Shown here: positions 12,092 to 25,145 of the stretch, piece after piece | Layout of the letters: every line of letters begins with the position of its first letter | Position numbering within the stretch: position 1 is the stretch's first letter | Notes under the pieces: model-generated | Databases searched by the model: none | Seen by the model: only the letters and a program-made list of their open reading frames with translations | Told to the model about the DNA's origin: nothing | Translations under genes and position numbers: made by a program | Origin: Ylistrum balloti | Lineage: Eukaryota | Direction: 5' to 3' | Assembly: GCF_031769215.1 (NCBI RefSeq) | Contig: NW_026782259.1 | Coordinates: forward strand, 930,001-994,000 | DNA: 64,000 nt

Positions 12092-12899
12092 AACAACTCA
12101 TTGTGTGGAGAAAATTTTACAAATATCAGATATTGGAGGACAAATATTCGATTGGTGTTTTAAAATACAACTTTGTGATAAATATCTACATGCTTAGACT
12201 ACTTTCGTTTTAGTGGAGAAAATCTTTGTTAGCCAGAGTTCCCGGTGAGAACTGGACATTCGATTTTATAAGAATATATCTTCCCTCCATTGGATGTAAA
12301 AGATTACAAAAAGACGTGCTCATGACATTGTCGATTATGGTAATCAGGTCATAAACATTATAGTTGAGGTTGTTGATATTTTATTGTTCAGAAACGAGTT
12401 TTAGAACAAATTGATGATACAAGATATACAACATACTACATATACAACTTTTCATTTCCGTTTCTGATTCCTTCTTATTTGGTATGTATGTTCTTTTTTC
12501 TAGCAAGGAATTATTACCAATAAAATATTGTTTCAAATGACGTTAAAATATTTGTGGCTCAAATTCTTTTTTTTTAAGTTACGCCTGCTGCGTTTTGGCA
12601 CCATTTTCTCGTGAAAGTGATATATTTTCAAATGCTTGGTGATCAATCATTGGTAGCCGAAAGAATGCAGCATGCGATTCGCTTTGTCAGTGTAGTGACA
12701 ACATCTCGTGTTATTTGGGAAGCGGTGTTGAGAGTAGTAGGAATGTGGTACTTAATAGTGGACATCATCGTCAAAGCAGAAAAGACAGTGGACGCCCATC
12801 CCACATGTCCATATTGCTTTTAATACGTTTCAATACACTAAATCTTCCTTCGCAGAAAAATAATACATATCTACATATATCCACTAGAAGGACAAACAA

Positions 12900-13050
12900 A
12901 TTTAACAGGTGCTATTCATTTGTGTGTCTTTTGTAGGAGAGCCTGTCGTGTTTTTGATTTCCAATCCTGGTAGATATATACGATGAACGTTAAACGAATT
13001 TAACGAATGTAAAAGGCCCTTGGATATCGAATCGTCTGGCATGTTAACAT
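12900..13050 (-). mobile_element. Second degenerate Penelope-like RT fragment
   Basis: The reverse complement of 12943-12985 matches 5708-5750 at 38 of 43 nt and translates as VHRIYLPGLEIKNTT. The element may extend across about 12600-13900, but this was not resolved. Confidence 0.6.
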
Positions 13051-15911
13051 CATAGGCTGTGGATACAAGGATACTTATTATGATAAATTACATATCGTTT
13101 TTCAACTTATCCATATTTTTTGGTGACGAAAATGAAGTTCTCTTCTCGCTAGCACACAAAATAGAGCTCTACAGCCTTGAAGTGAATGGGCCACAGGTAG
13201 ATAAGATTATGTAATAAATGTAATGGGCGGGGAAATCGAAGACTTCGTGATACATTGAACAAACACAAAGCGCCAGATACGTCAGCCTCCACTGGGCCTT
13301 CTTTCCAGACTCTGCATTATACGTCCTGGTTAAATTATGACAAGGTAATGAAAATTTTCAGATATAAACCAGAGAACATTGCGATCATCCTTGTTCATAT
13401 CACAACTGTAGATTTATTGAGGCAGGTTAGAGTGATACAATCCGAGTGTCAATTTGCTTTGAAAGCCCATGAACTTTTTAGTGTCGATTAACTACAGAAC
13501 TGGCAACGGCTTTCCACAGCATACTGATTAGAACTGGGTCTTCCATTTCTTTGTACAGTATGAGTCTGAACGTGTAAGATGCTCATTTGTATGCCAGGTA
13601 GTTTCAATGCATTGTTTACCCTGTTCTTCGTTGGGAATTTGCAATGATTGACCAAAATTTACACGGCGGATGCCGTCAATGAAGACGAAGACGTTTATCT
13701 TTCTGGAACACCTGGTCTTTTCTCCTTATACTTTTTCTGGAGTCTCCGTGTAAATCTTTCTTTTATTCTTATTTTTGTCATAGGTTCATCAAATTTGTGT
13801 TTAAATTAAGTTATCATCTACTCCTCCAGATGGAGGAATCCCTCGTGTGTTTGTTACAAAATAATGTTCAAGCTTTGTTCATTTTTTTGTTTTTAGTCGT
13901 CATAGTAACATTTACAAACTTCTTTGGGGAAAACTAATTCTGATTTATAAATACAAAATATCCTAGTCTTTGAAAGCTCAGGGTCATACTCATACATTAC
14001 CGGATTCCGTGTTTACACTATGAATAGATCTCATCAGAACAGGTGCTATTAACACTCAGATCTCGACAGAACAAGTGTTGTATAAAACTCAGAACCCATT
14101 ATAACAAGTACTGTATAAACGACAAAAATAATTTACATATGTATATTTTTATTTTATTGAATCTCATTCAATTTCAGTCACACATCAACACACGCTAACA
14201 AAACATCAGCAACATGATCTTACAAAACACGGATCAAGTATTCTTTTGACATGAGATACAAAGTGGGTATAACACAATGGGATAAAGTGTCTTGTGTATT
14301 AATTCACACTTTACTGATGTCCCAACAGCCACAACCACTTTAAAGAACATATTAATTGGATTCACTGATTAGGTTTCACCTGTATCTATATTTGTAGGGT
14401 TTTTCAGATTTAGTGTAATTATAGTAATTTTCGTTTCAATTTGTTTGTGTTTCTAAGACCAGATGAAATATCTAAACGAATTTTTAACATATTATAAATT
14501 TACAATCCTTTCCCCGAACTGTGATAATATAAATAGTATGTTTTTACAGCTCTAAAATACCAGTAAAACGCACCAATTCTTAACATGGCAGTTCCCTTCA
14601 AAACCTATAAACTACTGAATTTTAAAAAAAACAAGTCTCCCATTTTTCCTGTAGCATGGTAAAATGCACTGTCCCTAATATACATCCTTGTCACAGTGGA
14701 GAAAGATTAGAAGATCACGTTCAGGAAGGCCATCAGTCAGTACTTTTGATATTCTGCACAAACCAGTGATTGAAAGACGCAGTATTACTCCTTATGACTT
14801 ACATGTAGTAGCAGCAACAGGCCTAGTGACATAGATCTATAAATGGCATACTTCATGACAAACAACACATGTCAATAGTATATTAAAGATGGGTCCCAAC
14901 AACATATGACATGAAGCAATCATGAGTCACCATAGGTGAAGGCTTGCTAACTCGGTAAAACGCCAACCCAGATGCTTTTCATTTTAGGGTTATAATTATC
15001 CTGAGAGTAACCACAACTGCAAGGAGAGAAATGTTCAAAGCCATGGATGTCAAATATAAGTGTAATAAGATACTTTTCTACTTGACAAACATGGAACTAG
15101 ACTAACAATGGTATATGTACTGTATAATAAGGACTTACATTTGGCTTTTGGTATGTAGGACACGGATTCAAATGGAAATGGAAAATCATAATATGATATG
15201 TTCTACTTCGCATGAAAACCATACAAAAGCTAACCTTCAAATTTCTGAGTGTTAAAAAGAAAAACAAAGACTTACAGTTCAGATGTGTATGCTTTATCGC
15301 ATTAACCTTACAATCAGTAAAAGGTTTTAAAACACGATCTTGGACAGTGACCATGAATACTAATAAAGTACGATTAATATCGGACTGAAGTTCACCCAGA
15401 CACCATTTCAGTTGCCCAGTAACAAAATGGTGAATCATGAAGAAATTCCAGTCAATTCTGACCTGAAAACATATTTCAGATCTCGTACCATACATTTACG
15501 ACTGTACATTCAACGTATAACAGACTGATTCTCATCACTCACCACATCCAATGCAGTGACCAAACTGATTTGTTTTTAAAGATTCTTTCAGAAAACTGAT
15601 AATTCATTCTCACCTAACTTTTGACATAATCCGGAACTTCCAAAGAAAATTCTCACTTGTTTAGGATAACATCCTGCGAGTTCTGTCTGGTCTTTCACAA
15701 GATTTCATTTTGCTCCAGACAATATGTTGATTTTTTCTTCAGAACTTTTATAGAAGATATTTTACAAGGCTTTCACTTGCATGGGGTTAACCAGAACCTC
15801 CAATAGTTACAATGTTACATATTCCCTTGTAGCCTTGCAGACCTTCTCATCTGCCTTTTGCAAGTTTTGGGCAATAATACTTGAATCCTTCAGGAACTTA
15901 ACTGAAAGTTC

Positions 15912-18900
15912 TCATTTGCTTTTTGGGGTCAGACAGTTACCGTCAGGATACCTGTTGCGGAACAATTTGACAACATCAGGATCTTTTAGTCTCACACCCT
16001 CCACCTGATTGCCCAGGGTTATCCTGAAAGATAATATATACTTATCATAAATACAAGTACAGGAAACATACAAAGTTTATTGTATGGTTGGTTTGGTAAA
16101 AAGCATCTGCTTAATGTATATAAGACATTCTACTACGTTACCCATTATCACTGTAACTTGTGTTAAGAGTTCAGGTTAATATTGCTTGGGGCTGGCTCTT
16201 TACCAAAGAACATAGTCCTCGAGATATTTGAAAATCCCTGTTCTTTAACTACATTCATGATATTGAGAAATAAGAAGATAAGCACACTAATTTTACTTTA
16301 ATCCAAGTCCCTGTAGGACTTGCAAAACATAAAATTTAAATATAAGTAAAACTAGAAAATCATATCTGATATAGGTATTAAAGTTATCAGACAAAAGAAT
16401 AGGTTTGCCCATTTCAACTTCCACTAACAAGACCCCTTAATACTGTAAGAACAATGTTGCTCACCAGTTTGGCTGTACATTATGTGGTCGTCCAAACAGT
16501 TCTACCTTTCTAGTCCCTGGAGATAGTCTCTCAATAATACCGTAAATCTCATCTGGTTTGTGACTGGTTGCACGCACCTACAGGTCAACACAAAGAAAGT
16601 TCATTATTAAACTCAAATGAATTTCTGGCAATATTTCTGGAAAGGGACATGTGGTCTATATTTCCCTTTATTTCAAAAAATGTTCTATAATCTGTTTCCA
16701 ATTTCTATGTATTTTGCCATAACATTTTTAAATTGGTCCAAAATTTGGTAAAGTCAGAATGATCAATGAAGTTCATCACTTTATCTCGTCATATTGTATT
16801 TTACATCAGTTAAGGTAAATATGTATCAGATCATATCTGAAACACTTTTCTTTTCAATCACAGACAAGAACTAACAAATCTTCATTAGATTACTAACGAT
16901 ACTGTTTATACTATTTACTTATGATTACCTCTGCCACGATAACATCACAATCAAGTCCTCTGTTAGCTCCCTGGGGATTTCCCTTCACACCAACCTGAAA
17001 GTATTGAAACATAATGATTTACAGATACAGTGGAATCCTGGTACCTATCCTGATCAGCCCTCCATAATTTGAAGGTATCTTTGATCTTTTCTATCACATT
17101 AATTTTTAAACAATAACTTAAAAGGTGAATAAACAGTGTTGATTGATTTTTGCTAGTTTTATCCCCTTGTTAACAGCCAAGGTCATTTTCAGGCAAGGTC
17201 TCCGTATAATAGCCAGTGGCTACCGCACTGAACAACATCCATCACAAATAGGGTTGTGTGTCTTGCCCAAGGTCACAACCACATCAGCAAAGACTTGTCC
17301 GTTTCCCAGCTTCCTGAGAAACACACATTGCCAGAGGTAGGAAGCCTCGTACCACATACCACAAGTCTTCACCTGGGGTTATGTAGGCCTATGTTTAACC
17401 TGACTGAGCTATAGCCTTATCTTAGTGATATAATTCATAGGTTGTTATTGTCCTCTTAAAGTCAGTGGATTAGATCAGATCAGAAAAAGGACTCAAAACT
17501 ACAAAACTGACATTTGATAAAATACCCTAGTACATAGCAAGAAAATATGATAACAAAACTTGTTAAAGATAGAAAGAACAAGGACAAAGTGTTCATCACT
17601 TTGACCTTGAGTTGTACTGACCAGACAGTGTTCCTTGCCATGATTGAGCCAGTGACCAGTACGTCCCGTCCGAATAATTCTCTGGAGCTGATTCGTTTTC
17701 ACCCAAATCACCTCATCGACCCGTTTGTACCTAAGGAAATACAATATAAATGTATATTAAGGATACACACTACCTTTAATGTGACTAGCATAACAAAAGT
17801 CAGTTCTGACAATATGAAATATGTAGGACCAAATTGTCAACCTGAAAATGCATCTATTTTGAAAATATGTCAATTTTTTTCTAAACGCAAAAAAAGTCAC
17901 TAATCACTCAAGAGCAGTATATTTCTTAACCTTACTTTCTACTATGATAAAGGCTGAATTCTTATCTCTTGACAACAGTCAAACCATCTAAGCTGCTTAT
18001 TCAGATTTGGTTTGTACTCACCCCCATAAGTCGAGGCATTCCCGACCAAGCTCCATAGCTCTATGAAGAATAGAAACAGAATATCTAAGTCAGTATGAAT
18101 TTGAAATTTATTAACATGAATTTGAGTAATTTTACTTTCACTGGTCTATACTGAAAAAAGTGACAAATGTTAACTTTTTATGATTTTCCTTGGTTTTGTA
18201 AGATATGACATTTATATTCTTGAATTTGAACAGAGAAAAATCTAAAAATATGTGCCAGATATTACATCTGCAAAGTTCACTGAAGACATCTTAAAATTTC
18301 TCTCCTTCATGTCAATAGACAAAAACTCCACAAACCTCCCAGTAACCCAGAGGAAGATAAATCCATCGTCCTGGAGACTAGGGACATCCAATTTCCTCAT
18401 CTCATCATCAGACATGGTCCCGTATGGAAGCTCCATGTGGATGTCCCAGGGTGGATCAGCCATCACAACTGCACACTTTCCAAGGACGGTCATATCAAAG
18501 AATCGCAGGTCACACTGAACCCACTGTCGGGAAATCACAAAAAAAAAAAACCTTTTTGTATGTTTATTTCACTTTTATAGAAGTGATATTGAATAATGTG
18601 GAGGAAGAATGTAGCAGAAAAAAACTTTAAGAGATAGAAGTAGGGGATTAATGAGGGAACAAGACGAAAAAAGGAATGAAGGTAAATAGAGGAAGGGAGA
18701 GTAGGGGAGGGGAGAGTAGGGGAGGGGAGAGTAGGGGAGGAAAGGGAAAAGGGGAGATAGGAAATGGCAGAATGGATAATTATATAAAAGAAGAGAGGAG
18801 AGGGAAAAAGAGGAAATAAATTGGAGGCTAACTGGAGGGCTAAAGTCGAAGTGAAAAATGGAAGAAGAGGACAAGGAGAAGGAATAATATGTGAGTTGAA

Positions 18901-21900
18901 ACAGGTAGACTGTAAGAGTCCTGGCTTAGTTTTGCATTTTAGGGAAAGGTTGAGAAGGATTGATGAATTTACCTGAGGAGGATACAGCACATCACCAGAT
19001 TCCAATCCTTTCTTTGCCATGGCTAGAGCTTCTTTTTTCATGGCGTCAGTTGTACTGACGGCTGGGTAGTCAATCTCGTAATGGACATACTGAAGTACCA
19101 ATGTACACTATATTGTAGAATGAGTTCTACCAACTCCTAGTTATCGTATACAGCTTTGATAGAGGTAGGAAATAATTTTGTAACACAGCTCAGTGAAATC
19201 AGATTGAACTACCACACCAAACCAAACTTAGACAGAATGTCACTTAAAATCAATGTTTCAAACAGGCAACAAATTATTTACATAAAATTGAATAGATTGT
19301 CTAAATCTAAGATGTATTACACCTTACCTTACAAGTATCCATGTGAAAACATGTGTTCAGAAAAGAACAATCACCCAAGGTTTCTACAAATCAATGAAAA
19401 ATGTATTTCAGTTGATAAATTCGCAAAATGTATAACATTTACATATAAACAGCTGGTGGATTTTCCTTGTCATTTGTAGCTCTCATTTATATTTTGTTAA
19501 ATTAACTAATATTTTGGAAATATATAAGGCATATAAACTTAATTGCAGTTATCACTAAAGAATCTGAAGGTAAATTAGGGTTTAATCAACAACATTTTAC
19601 AGAGAATTCTTAACCAACAATATCTGTACTAGATAATGTATCTGTGGAAATTACGCATTGCATGTTATACAGGGCATGAAATACACACATTCTCTCTAAC
19701 TCCTAGTCAGCTATGGGAGGACAATGAAACAGTATTTGTTGATATCTTAACAGAATGGAAGAGCTACCGCTTATTATCAAACATGAGTTTATAGTCATAT
19801 ATTCTTAATGATACATTTGCTTAAAGCCATAAAACAATCAAAATAAACTTAAAAGACAAAAAAAAGTAAAATAAAGTCATTAAATCAAAATATTCACTTA
19901 ATTAAGAGTAGATTTTAATTGATAGAAAATAATTACCATCTGTGTGTTTGTGGATGATTTTCCTGAAGTGTAATTTTCTACACTGTTCTTTGGTTTCACC
20001 AAGTTTCTTGCATTCCTCTCGAGTACCATATTGACAAAACTCCTTCAACTGTGCACCTATAAAGTGTGACATAATGAATTTTTCAAACTATAGATATATA
20101 TATAAGTGTAAAAAATTAAACAATTAAATTTAATCGTTCTTCTGTAAAACATTACACATTATTAAATACTAAAGCATTTCCAGACATAATGATTTATGTT
20201 GACAAGTGGAGAGTATGGATAAAAGCTTTCAAATGCTTCTATGTACAAGTTTGATCGTCATTTCTGAATGGTCCACATATTTAAATGCATTTCATGTATC
20301 TTGATATTCAAATTAATAAATGTAAATAAAGCATCATTATAATAATTGATGCAATTCTGCTAAAAGAAAAAAATAGAAGGGCTGTTAGAGGCCAGTTATG
20401 CTCCCCAACTGGGACAAAATTTAAGTATGAAAAATAACAAAGCGCAATAAGAGAATTATGATTCTTGTGCACTAACCTTCCTTCTTGTTGAGATCTATCT
20501 ACATATGAGGTTTCATGTTAATACCTCTTATAGTTTTAGTGTAATGCTCCAGGCAAAATATAAGTAAGAAAAATAACAAAGGGCAATAACTCCTAAATTA
20601 TGCAAAAATGAGTTATGATTCTTGTGCACTTCACTTCTCCTTGTTGAGATCTATCTACCTATCAAGTTTGATGATGATACCTCTTAAATTTTTTATGTTA
20701 TGCTCCAGACAAAATTATAATGGATGGACTGACGGACAGATGGACAAAGCAGGGACTATTTGTGGAAAATCAGTATATTATACTTACCACCCTGAGATTT
20801 GAAACGCTTCACTAAACTTTGTTCCTGAAAACAGATAATTTTACTCTTCAACAGATATTTTGGAAATGTTTATGTTTTTGCACTGGGAATAACAAAATAA
20901 ATTCTTACATTTCATGAAGCTGTGTTAAGCCTGTCTCTTTAAATAGTATTAAGTATCATTTTATATCATTTCAGCTTAGTTAGAGAGAAGGTTGTCTGCA
21001 TATATTACCTTAGCTGTTGGCTTTGTCAGAAGATCAAGGATTTCTTCATTTAATTTCTTGTTTTCTTTCTCTTTTGCAGACTGCATAGACAGTAGACTCT
21101 GTGGGTAAGAAGTATTAAAATCAATACTCAATAATGAGAGTTAATGTGTACAAAGTCACATTGAAAGTAAGTCCTAGAAATGCATGCATCATCCTTGGCT
21201 ATCAAAATTCACACTTCAACTTACACTTCTGTGGAAATCATCAAACAAATCAAACAAAGAAGCTTTGTTTTGTTGTAAGGAACTTGTACAGTCAATGATA
21301 ATTCCTATTGATGTATAATGATAATTCCTCAATGTAAGGATGTATAACTGATGTATGATCAATTCCCATCAATTTTTGTTTTTTTTCATGATAATTCCTA
21401 TTGATGTATAACTGGTGATCAATTCCCATCAATTTTTTTTGTTGTAAGGAACTTGTACAGTCAATGATAATTCCTATTGATGTATAACTGGTGATCAATT
21501 CCCATCAATTTTTTTTCAAAACCGAGTGCTAGAGACCAGTGCATATTATGTCTATTTACCTGTTAAAACATTCCACTCTTGAATTTTCAAAATACTGGGT
21601 ATTTACAAGAAGAGTATTTAACTACCACTTACCTCTATACTAGTATCCTCCTTCACTTCCTTAAGTTTGGGATGTTTAGAGGGTGGTTCTATGCCTTCTT
21701 CTCCATCACTAGAAAAATTAAAAAATGAAGAGACTGATAAATCTGTGGCACCAAATAAATAATCTTCAATAAATTAACAAATTCATAAAAGATGTGTATA
21801 TCAGCAGAGTACTGTACCATGTAAAGTAAGAGTATTGCTTATTTTAACTATTTTTCAACTGAAGTTGGCCAACTCTAACTGAATATATTATGTATTTTTA

Positions 21901-24030
21901 TCTTGATAAAGCAGTTGCTAGCCTTAGATCTCACTATGTTCACTATTACTACTCTAATTAAATAAAGATCTAATTTAGTTGGAAGTCATATCAGGAATCA
22001 GGTGTAGTACCTACCTGTCTCTAGTCCGCTTCTTGTGCTGAGAGTCTTCACCTTTTATTACGGACAACTAAAATTCAGATTAAAAAATATACAACATAAA
22101 TGTTTGATTAACCACTCCAGTTTTAAAATCAAATCTGAAACAAATAGGTAGGGTGATTTTGTATAAGATTTTAGAGAGAGCGCTCTTGAACACAAAAGAT
22201 GGCAAATCAACTGATATTCACATTAATTTCACAGGAGCAAAAGGATAGAATTACAACAAAATTTGGGAAGTATTTGTCAAGCACTTTTTGAGAAATAGCG
22301 ATATATGGACACTGAAACAAACCTTGCTTTGTCTCATTACTCATTATAAATATCCACTTTTTACAGGTTTATCATAGAAGTATAAATTACCTTGGCAATA
22401 TCTAATGTGTTAACCAGAAGTCTACTCCGGTCAGATCCAATCTGATCTATGGAGGTGATACTGTAAAATAACAAGGAATTCATGAGTACGTGTTATAAAA
22501 TTAGTATTACAAATGTTTTTAAAAGGGGAGCCCTAACTGGGGGAGAAATAAGTACACAATCTAAAGTAAAGATAAGTTTAGTTACAAAGGAAATCCAGGA
22601 TCCCTGGGCCCCCTCTAATCAACCTGAAGTAAGTAAATAAATTATTCAAGTATCTAAGTCTTCCTACATATTGTGGACAACATTTTTGCATTTCACTTCA
22701 AAAAATTATTAAATACCTACATATTAAAGGTTTTACATAGCCATGTAGTAAATCTCAAAATCTATCACAGCAAGTCAATTTTATTAAAACAATCTTCAAT
22801 AAAAAACCATGCTGCAATTTTAATATGTTGACTCTGAATGGTAAATTTAACAAACTGTAAATAGATTAAAAACAAACTGGACAAATTCCTATTCCTGTTT
22901 CTGACATTCATTTAAGAACCACCATAACATAGTTTAGCTGTAACTACTATGTGAAATAAAGGTTCTTATAATACAACCAGTAGAAGATTTCCTTCGACTG
23001 GTTGTGCAAACATCTCACTCAAATTTTCTACTAGTTGTTTTAAAGAATTTTTATTTCACTGACATTACAAACCTGAAGAAAATGTTCCAAAAACATAAAT
23101 AAACTGAAAAACGATGAAAGGGAATTGTAAATTGGAGTTTAATTGGTTTTTGGTGTGAAAAATAACCTGATCATCTGTTGTGAAGCAAATTTCTTAAGCA
23201 CATCTTCAATAACTGCTAACTGGATATCCCGGCCCATCAGGTTGGAAACTTGCTCAGCGATTACTGCAGAGTTACATGGAATATCCAGACTAATGTCACA
23301 TAGCATCATTCGCACACGCTTCTCCATCTCAGGGTCAGCTTTCTGTGTTGTTTCAGATTCCCTAGCAGAGTCAGGTTTCAATAATTGTGGGACAGGAGTA
23401 CTTTCTGGAGCTTTTAAACCACTGGACTGAGCTGTAATCAGGGATGTCTTCATTTCAGGCTTGGATGACGCTGTAATAAACTCGAAACTTGTAACACCAA
23501 ATTGTATCAGGTTTCAAATCACATGCAGATTAATCTTACCAACACCAGTTGTATTTGGGGTTTTGGAGAAAGACACTCGTATGGGAATGCTATTTTAATT
23601 GATCTTTTGTTCTTATGTCTGTTCATAAATATTATATCAATAAAATGCTGCAGTTGTTCAGACTCTTCAGTGCAAATTAAAATGGTAGGAATTCCTCCAA
23701 CATCTGTGCACAAGACAACAATATTTTTGCGAGTTATCTCCCCTGTCAACATTTGCAAAGATACCAGAAGTATGATATTAACCAGACCAACCGTACACAT
23801 TTCTCTATCCAGTATATTGACATTGGCATGTCGCACTTTGAAATACAGTTTAAAATATATTAGGATAGTGTACCTGGAGTTGACGAGGAGGTCGCCGGTT
23901 GCAGTGGCGAAGTAATGCTTGTAATTTCTGCTTCCAAACCTTCGCGCTGTTTTCTGCGAGCTGCCATTTTCGCACGGAGATTTCCATGTCGACTTTTGAC
24001 AGCTTGGATATCATTCAGTGGATCAGACAT
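15912..24030 (-). CDS. METTL3: N6-adenosine (m6A) RNA methyltransferase catalytic subunit METTL3/MT-A70
   Basis: 16 coding exons, all GT-AG and phase-consistent: 24030-23874, 23470-23167, 22460-22391, 22067-22015, 21708-21633, 21098-21009, 20824-20788, 20056-19937, 19383-19328, 19089-18973, 18523-18336, 18060-18022, 17730-17622, 16994-16929, 16577-16465, 16023-15912. N-terminal leader [28 protein letters not shown]; two CCCH fingers (CQYGTREEC...CRKLH and [17 protein letters not shown]); catalytic DPPW; also [55 protein letters not shown] and NWITLGNQ. Confidence 0.98.
17139..17416 (-). mobile_element. tRNA-derived SINE (CORE-like domain) in a METTL3 intron
   Basis: The minus strand begins GGCTATAGCTCAGTCAGG (A-box-like) and has a degenerate B-box (GGTACGAGGCT). 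It contains GTGACCTTGGGCAAGACAC, which resembles the CORE-SINE domain, and ends in an (AATC)n-like tail. Confidence 0.7.
18640..18890. repeat. Polypurine/polypyrimidine tract with a 15-bp GGGAGAGTAGGGGAG repeat in METTL3 intron 10
   Basis: The plus strand is almost entirely A/G over about 250 bp, with three copies of the 15-mer at about 18696-18740. Confidence 0.85.
20385..20760 (-). mobile_element. HINE/non-autonomous Helitron-like element with internal tandem units, in a METTL3 intron
   Basis: Two imperfect units of about 140-160 bp (AAAATAACAAAG...GATTCTTGTGCACT...GAGATCTATCTAC), followed by a GGAC/GGAT microsatellite (ATGGATGGACTGACGGACAGATGGAC). This is the reverse of the layout at 1564-1958. 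Confidence 0.65.
21272..21515. repeat. Imperfect local tandem duplication in a METTL3 intron
   Basis: Recurring blocks TTGTTGTAAGGAACTTGTACAGTCAATGATAATTCCTATTGATGTATAA and GATCAATTCCCATCAATTTTT. Confidence 0.8.
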
Positions 24031-24104
24031 CTTGTCTTCTCTTCAGACACTGTATGCGGTTGTATTTTCTGAGGTTTACACAATTTGCATTATTCAATTT
24101 TAAA

Positions 24105-24112
24105 CCGGAAGT
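24105..24112 (+). promoter_or_regulatory. ETS-type motif (CCGGAAGT) in the putative METTL3 promoter
   Basis: Exact CCGGAAGT about 75 bp upstream of the METTL3 ATG (24030). ETS motifs are typical of housekeeping promoters; function is inferred. Confidence 0.45.
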
Positions 24113-24889
24113 TAGAAGTTATACATAAATACCGCCAGGTACACCTGATATCGACAAATTCCATCAGTATCGAAGTCATGGACACTAACCATGTACAGGA
24201 GTGTCAGAGGGAAACTCCCGATTCTCTAACATGTGTTTATAGTGAAATTGATATTAAAAAGGTGGTTTTATATATTAAAGTATTGAATTAAATTTTACGT
24301 TGTTTTAAATACCATTCGATCATTTAAACAAAGCACTCATCCGAACATTTTTGGATATATTCCCTAGTTTCCCCTCTTTTTATTTGATTTGCTCTAAACA
24401 AATCAAAAATGTTTGGTAGCATCAATAAACAAGGCAAGCATCAAAATACAATTTGAAATATATCCATCCGAAGCTTGAATAAGGACTAAGGGGATATAAA
24501 GAAGTTGAATGGGAGTAAGACCGAGTTTTTTGGAGCTTAAGGTTTTTTTGTATATACGCCATTTGCGAGAGAATACCAAACATTGTTGTTGTTCTGTCAT
24601 GTACCTCTGTTATTATGATAAGGTAACATCGTTCTCCGAAATGTCCATGGATGTTGTAGCATATATATGTAGACTTATGTGTCAATGGGTAAACTATCGT
24701 GAGATATAGAATGACAATAGGATATTTTATTCCAGAGTGTATGGCAGATGCTTGATTAAAATGGTTTTATTCCATACTTTTCTGCATATCAAACTTCTAA
24801 CAGGCATGTTCTATCACTTTAGTAACACTACACTACATGGGCGTCATATTTAATGCTAAGGCACATGAAGTGATCACAAGCAGAATACG

Positions 24890-25145
24890 TATTCATCAGG
24901 TATGGAAAAGATCAAAGTTTTAAGAAATTTAAAATATAAGCTCAAATGTGATATATTGTAATGAAAACATAAATAACTCATTTTACCAGTGTTAGAATAC
25001 GCTAATGAATTATGGGACCGGTGTGACTCAAATTTATTAGAAAATGCCCAGCGTGTATCATTATTTGTTTATCGTCTTCTGAAAGAAACAATTTTCTGTA
25101 TGTTGAAACCGAAACACTTTCGGTTAGAAGATAAAGAGACAATTA
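24890..25145 (+). mobile_element. Degenerate CR1-like LINE RT 3' fragment
   Basis: Translates with shifts as LRNLKYKLKCDI...PVLEYANELWD...LLENAQR...LYVETETLSVRR, typical of the CR1-clade RT C-terminus. Confidence 0.6.

Noticed and set aside
12611-13491. Short plus-strand ORFs (70, 73 and 78 aa) between the Rab and METTL3
   Set aside because: No motifs; they lie in or next to a minus-strand degenerate Penelope-like fragment.
18535-18972. C-terminal part of the 188-aa ORF (SPTLP repeats) and ORF 18575-18874
   Set aside because: This is read-through into METTL3 intron 10 past the donor at 18972; it is a low-complexity pyrimidine tract.
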